This document shows positions 61,901 through 64,000 of a DNA stretch of 64,000 nt, in pieces. Made by a program: the position numbers and the translations under genes. How positions within the stretch are numbered: position 1 is the first letter of the stretch; each line of letters opens with the position of its first letter. The notes under the pieces are model-generated. The model did not search any database. It saw only the letters and a program-made list of their open reading frames with translations, and had not been told where the DNA came from. The stretch is taken from NCBI RefSeq assembly GCF_009914755.1, contig NC_060935.1; one strand, 5' to 3'. The DNA comes from the human T2T-CHM13v2.0 reference genome, Homo sapiens.

Positions 61901-64000
61901 ACACACTTTTTGTAGAATCTGCAAGTGGAAATTTGGACTTCTCTGAGGATTTCGTTGGAAACGTGATAAACTTCCCACAAGTAATCGGAAGCATTCTCCG
62001 AAACTTCTTTGTGATGTCTGCATTCAACTCACGGGGTGGAACCTTCCTTTCATAGATCAGCTTTCAAACACTCTTTCTGTAGAATCTGCAAGTGGATATT
62101 TGGACCACTTTGTGGCCTTCCTTCGAAACGGGTATATCTTCACATCAAACCTAGACAGAAGCATTCTCAGAAGGTTTCCTGTGATGACTGCATTCAACTC
62201 ACAGAGTTGAACAATCCTGTTGATGGAGCAGTTTTGAAACTCCCTTTCTTTGGGATCTGCAAGTGGATATGTGGACCTCTTTGAAGATTTCGTTGGAAAC
62301 GGGTTCATCTTCACATAACAACTAAACAGGAGCATTCTCAGAAACTACTTTGTGATGTTTGTGTTCAACTTCCAGAGTTGAACTTTCCTCTTGAAAGAGC
62401 AGCTATGAAACACTCTTTTTCTAGAATGTGCAAGTGGACATTTGCAGGGCTTTGAGGCCTGCGGTGGAAAAGGAAATATCTTCACATTAAAACTAGATAG
62501 AAGAATTCTCAGAAACTACTTTGTGATGATTGCATCGGACTCACAGAGTTGGGCATTCCTATGGATAGGACAGTTTGTAAACACTCTTTTTGTATAATCT
62601 GCAATTGGAGATATGGACTGCTTTGAGACCTATGGTAGTAAAGGAAATAACTTCATATAAAAACCAAACGGAAGCATTCACAGAAAATTCTTTGTGATTA
62701 TCGCATTTAACTGAGAGAGCTGAACATTCCTTCAGATGGAGCCGTTTCCAAACACACTTTTTGTAGGATCTGCAAGTGGATATTCGGACCTCTCTGAGGA
62801 TTTCGTTGGAAACGGGATACACTTCCCAGAACTACACGGAAGCATTCTCCGAAACTTCTTGGTGATGTTTGCATACAACTCACAGAGATGAACCTTCCTT
62901 TCGTAGTTCAGCTGTGAGACACTCTTTTTGTAGAATCTGCAGGTGGATATTTGGACCACTGTGAGGCTTTCGTTCGAAACGGTTATATCTACACGTAACA
63001 ACTCAAGAGAAGCATTCTTAGAAACTTCTGTGTGATGATTGCATTCAAGTCACAGAGTTGAACCCTCCATTTCATTGAGCAGCTTGGAAACTCTCTTTTT
63101 GTAGAATCTGTAAGAGGATATGTGGACGTCTTTGAAGATTTCTTTGGAAACGGGAATATCTTCACAGAAAAACTAAACTGAAGCATTCTCACAAACTTCT
63201 TTGTGATGTTTGTGTTCGAGTCACACAGTTTAACATTGCCTTTCATAGAGCAGTTTTGAAACACTCCTTTCGGAGAATCTGCAAGTGGACATGTGGAGCG
63301 CTTCCAGGCCTGTGGTGGAAAAGGAAACATCTTCACATAAAAACTAGACAGAAGCATTGTCAGAAACTTCTTTGTGATGACTGCATTCAACTCACAGAGT
63401 TGAAGATTCCTTTTGAAACAGCAGTTTCGAAACACCCTTTCTGTGGGATCCGCAAGTGGATATTTGGACCTCTTTGAAGATTTCGTTGGAAATGGGGTAA
63501 ACTTCACATAAAAGCTAAACCGAAGCATTCTCAGAAACTTCTTTGTGATGTTTGCATTCATCTCACAGAGTTGAACATTCCCTCTGATACAGCACCTTTG
63601 AAACGCTCGTTTTCTAGAATCTGCAGGTGGACATTTGGAGGGCTTTGGGGATGGTGGTGGAAAAGGAAATATCTTCTCGTAAAAACTACACAGAAGCACT
63701 CTCAGAAACGACTCTGTGATGATAGCATTCAACTCACAGAGTTGAACATTCCTTTTGAGAGAGCAGTTTGCAAAGACTCTTTCTGCAGAATCTGCAAGTG
63801 GAAATTTGGACTTCTCTGAGGATTTCGTTGGAAACGGGATAAACTTTCCAGAAGTAATCGGAAGCATTCTCCGAAACTTCTTTGTGATGTTTGCATTCAA
63901 CTCACGGGGTTGAACCTTCCTTTCATAGTTCAGCTTTCAAACACTCTTTCTGTAGAATCTGCAAGTGGATATTTGGACCATTTTGTGGCCTTCCTTCGAA
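58926..64000 (+). repeat. SF3 alpha satellite HOR array edge: 12-mers at 58926-60968 (2043 bp) and 60969-63012 (2044 bp), then an 11-mer variant from 63013 (truncated by the window)
   Basis: CATTCT.AGAAACTTCTGTGTGATGATTGCATTCAAGTC recurs at 58926, 60969 and 63013. Monomer order reads W3 W4 W3 W4 W5 W1 W2 W3 W4 W5 W1 W2, a pentamer-based pattern. Intact CENP-B boxes at 60244, 60757, 62288, 62801 and 63823. Confidence 0.92.

Noticed and set aside
58926-63012. Definite identification as DXZ1
   Set aside because: The monomer order is DXZ1-like, but the period is 2043-2044 bp rather than ~2057 bp and CENP-B boxes are sparse. The chromosome cannot be assigned without a database search.
62989-63900. 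Long minus-strand ORFs in alpha satellite (303, 289, 269 and 243 aa) with a repeated 57-aa unit such as [28 protein letters not shown]
   Set aside because: 171 is divisible by 3 and one frame is stop-poor, so these are incidental translations of the satellite. There is no domain, promoter or codon evidence for genes.

Overview
Hominoid (most likely human) pericentromeric DNA with no genes: about 58 kb of ~171-bp alpha satellite plus two retrotransposons. From left to right: (1) 1-16126, monomeric alpha satellite on the minus strand with only A-type (pJ-alpha box) monomers, carrying a decayed AluY at 10954-11238; (2) an inversion junction at 16126/16127; (3) plus-strand monomeric alpha satellite with mixed A/B monomers (SF5-like R1/R2), interrupted by a full-length, inactivated 6018-bp L1PA2/L1PA3-type LINE-1 at 29003-35020 (minus strand, 12-bp TSD); (4) a divergent proto-SF3 zone at ~55600-58925; (5) the edge of an SF3 higher-order repeat (HOR) array from 58926, with two ~2044-bp 12-mers followed by an 11-mer variant made by a W5/W1 fusion. 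I found no evidence for a new protein-coding system; nearly all listed ORFs are incidental translations of the satellite. The interest lies in the ordered layers, the relic duplications, the CENP-B box gradient and the 12-mer to 11-mer switch at the array edge. All comparisons were made by eye; family, subfamily and chromosome assignments need computational confirmation.
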